The notes under the pieces were generated by a model, which was not told where the DNA came from, did not search any database, and saw nothing but the letters and a program-made list of their open reading frames with translations. A DNA stretch of 64,000 nucleotides from an uncultured Myxococcales bacterium (GTDB lineage Bacteria; Myxococcota_A; UBA9042; DTJE01): contig CAINDP010000007.1 of assembly GCA_903847405.1 (NCBI GenBank), positions 48,969-112,968 of the forward strand. Reading direction: 5' to 3'. The position numbers were made by a program, and so were the translations under genes. This document shows positions 62,193-64,000 of this stretch, one piece after another. Numbering within the stretch: position 1 is the stretch's first letter; every line of letters begins with the position of its first letter.

Positions 62193-62588
62193 ATGGGAAC
62201 CAGGGGCCCGAACATCGAAAAGATGGACGCACAGATCAAGGAATGGGGCGCCAAGATCGAGTCGCTCCTGGCCAGGGCCGAGATGGCCGGGGAGCACGTG
62301 AGGGCGGACTACCGGCGGCAGGTCGAGGAACTGAAGGCCAAGAGGCTGGATGCCCAGGCCCGGCTGAACGAGTTCAAGGCGGCGGGCGGGGAGGCATGGG
62401 AGGCCTTCCGGACGGGCCTCGAGGGTGCGTGGAAGGACCTGGAAACCTCGCTGAAGGACATCCGGCACGAGGACGCCAGCCCGAAGCCGCCGACGCGCCT
62501 CGTGAATCCGCACACGCCGCCGCCCTCGTCGGGGTTCCATGCCGCGATCCCGAAGCCCCAGGCCCGGCACCGGACGTCCCACCGCTAG
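62193..62588 (+). CDS. Hypothetical coiled-coil protein (131 aa)
   Basis: ATG at 62193 with RBS GGGAGAG. MDAQIKEWGAKIESLLARAEMAGEHVRADYRRQVEELKAKRLDAQARLNEF... has a heptad-like pattern. Confidence 0.5.
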   Translation: MGTRGPNIEKMDAQIKEWGAKIESLLARAEMAGEHVRADYRRQVEELKAKRLDAQARLNEFKAAGGEAWEAFRTGLEGAWKDLETSLKDIRHEDASPKPPTRLVNPHTPPPSSGFHAAIPKPQARHRTSHR

Positions 62589-62610
62589 GCCCGGGAAGCG
62601 CTTCCGGGGC

Positions 62611-62901
62611 CTACTCCGTCGCCGCGTAGGCGCCGAAATCGAACCGTTCCCACTCGAAGTCCACCAGTTCCCGCACGACGGTTTCGGTCTGCTCGCTGTC
62701 GGGCCCGTCGGGGGGCGTGATCTGGATGGCCGTTTCCAGGCCTTCGCCGTCCTCCACCATGACCGACACGCGGGCGGTCGGGAACCGGCCCGTGATGGCG
62801 TCGCGCACCCGGGCGGCGAAGTCGTCCGCCAGACGGTCCAGATCGTATTCCCCGTCGGTTGGCACCAGGTTGCCGGCCCATAGAACGATCGAAATCCTCA
62901 T
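62611..62901 (-). CDS. Hypothetical small protein (96 aa)
   Basis: Its amino-acid composition is not GC-biased (E/D/F/W-rich). RBS GGGAGG upstream of the ATG at 62901. Confidence 0.5.
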   Translation of the reverse strand: MRISIVLWAGNLVPTDGEYDLDRLADDFAARVRDAITGRFPTARVSVMVEDGEGLETAIQITPPDGPDSEQTETVVRELVDFEWERFDFGAYAATE

Positions 62902-62973
62902 GATCCTTGCCTCCCGTGAACCGCTCAGCCCAGCCGCAGATGGCCGGTGAACAGGGTCTCCCCCAATCGGCCT

Positions 62974-63363
62974 TCACGGCCCGTTCGCGTGCCCCTCGAC
63001 GTCCGCGGGTGCGCGCATTGCCTGGACAAACGCCGCGACGGCCGGTGCGGCCGCGGCCAGGACCGCAGACGCGGCGTTGATCATGCGCAGGTTCCGTTCC
63101 ACACCGTGGGCCAGTTCGCCGATCACCGACAGGAGGTCCGCGATGTTCTTTTCCCCGCCCTCCAGTCCCCGGCTCAATGTTTCGACCCGCGTGGCGATGA
63201 CCTCGACCTTGGCCAGGGTCGGCGCCAGTTGGTCGCCCAGGCTTTCGATCCGGCGCGCCGCGCGGAACAGCGCCATCGACAGCATCAGGAGGGCCGGCAT
63301 CAGGGCACCGACGAGGACGGACGCCAGAACGACCAGAACCACCTGCCACGTTTCCATTCGCAT
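62974..63363 (-). CDS. DUF948-like membrane protein (129 aa)
   Basis: ATG at 63363 (MRMETWQVVLVVLASVLVGALMPALLMLSMALF, a TM helix) then a coiled-coil body. The ORF-track extension to 63702 was rejected. Confidence 0.55.
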   Translation of the reverse strand: MRMETWQVVLVVLASVLVGALMPALLMLSMALFRAARRIESLGDQLAPTLAKVEVIATRVETLSRGLEGGEKNIADLLSVIGELAHGVERNLRMINAASAVLAAAAPAVAAFVQAMRAPADVEGHANGP

Positions 63364-63625
63364 TCCTGCCGTGGGGCCTGGGGAGGGAACGTTGCAACCG
63401 CTGTGCCATCGCCGGATGCGGGCCCTTTCGACACCCCCGCGCGCCGTATGCGGGGGTGCGCACCCGGGACCGCCGGGGCCACCCTTGGGCCGGGGCGCAC
63501 GAACTCCATCGGATTGACTGCATTCCAGTCGTTTTGATGAAGTCCGGCCCGACGGAGTCGGCGGAGCCTCCCCGGCGGCGGTTCTTCCGATCCGGGTCGA
63601 TTTCATCAGAATGAATGAGGGGAAG

Positions 63626-63901
63626 TCAGTTCCTGGAGGCGTGGCGTGCGGCGGGGTGGGCAGCCTCTGCCGGACCCTCGTCCAGCGCTTCCCGGGCCGC
63701 ATGGGACGCCTGCTTCAGCGCCTCGGGGACCCGCGCCAGGGTGTCCTTCGCGGTGTCCACATAGCCTGCGATCTGCCGGCGGGTTTCGCGGCCCGACCGG
63801 GGCGCCAGCAGCAGTGCGACGGCCGCTCCGACGGCGGCGCCGCCCAGGGCAGCCAGCACCACCGTGCCCGTTCCGTGTCCGACCTTGTCTTGTGCGTCCA
63901 T
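63626..63901 (-). CDS. YtxH-like small membrane/stress protein (91 aa)
   Basis: N-terminal hydrophobic segment VVLAALGGAAVGAAVALLLAPRSG followed by a charged helix. Confidence 0.5.
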   Translation of the reverse strand: MDAQDKVGHGTGTVVLAALGGAAVGAAVALLLAPRSGRETRRQIAGYVDTAKDTLARVPEALKQASHAAREALDEGPAEAAHPAARHASRN

Positions 63902-63930
63902 GAGGTCCTCCGTGCGATGGGGCAGGGCGC

Positions 63931-64000
63931 CTACTTCGTCACTTCCTTCAGCGCGTGCTTCGCGTCCTGGACCGCGCCCTTCACCGCGTGCTTGACGTCG
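63931..64000 (-). CDS. 3' end of a small CsbD-like/Lys-rich protein. The gene continues beyond the window.
   Basis: The reverse-complement translation ends ...DVKHAVKGAVQDAKHALKEVTK, with stop TAG at 63931-63933. Confidence 0.3.
   Translation of the reverse strand, partial: DVKHAVKGAVQDAKHALKEVTK

Overview
This is a high-GC (~70%) bacterial chromosomal segment. The gene content suggests a Myxococcota-like deltaproteobacterium, though it could be another high-GC Gram-negative. Supporting features are many lipobox lipoproteins, a PEGA-domain protein, an OmpA protein with thrombospondin-3 repeats, PilZ and GGDEF proteins, and frequent 4-nt ATGA/GTGA start-stop overlaps. I called about 48 CDSs, one tRNA-Met(CAT), an intergenic (GTGGAC)n hexamer array, and a four-copy family of ~84-bp hairpin-forming REP/MITE-like elements. 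Because of the GC content, every region has long spurious ORFs on all frames. I called genes only where the translated product shows recognisable family motifs or signal peptides, and I trimmed starts to a credible ATG/GTG with an RBS or translational coupling. Recognised genes: tdk, coaBC, a family-4 UDG, pepP, a tri-heme YhjA-like cytochrome c peroxidase, an ABC-2 ATPase/permease pair, a THUMP RNA methyltransferase, a Tat-signal DODA-type extradiol dioxygenase, a TetR/NmrA pair, a clan GH-A glycosidase lipoprotein, an ABC exporter with an N-terminal bacterial-PH-like domain plus a small DUF1854-like partner, tandem cyanophycin synthetases (cphA/cphA') followed by cstA, a DTW/TapT fusion and a YbaK-like deacylase. 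Most unusual are (i) two tandem giant paralogous lipoprotein metzincin-like zinc proteases (1450 and 1819 aa), (ii) a canonical PAAR protein translationally coupled (TGAATG) to a 1134-aa GH13-like alpha-glucan-active enzyme with no other T6SS genes nearby, (iii) the intergenic hairpin repeat family, which carries compensatory stem substitutions, and (iv) a 938-aa membrane protein whose GT51 peptidoglycan transglycosylase domain is C-terminal. All family assignments come from motif recognition by eye. No database search was run.
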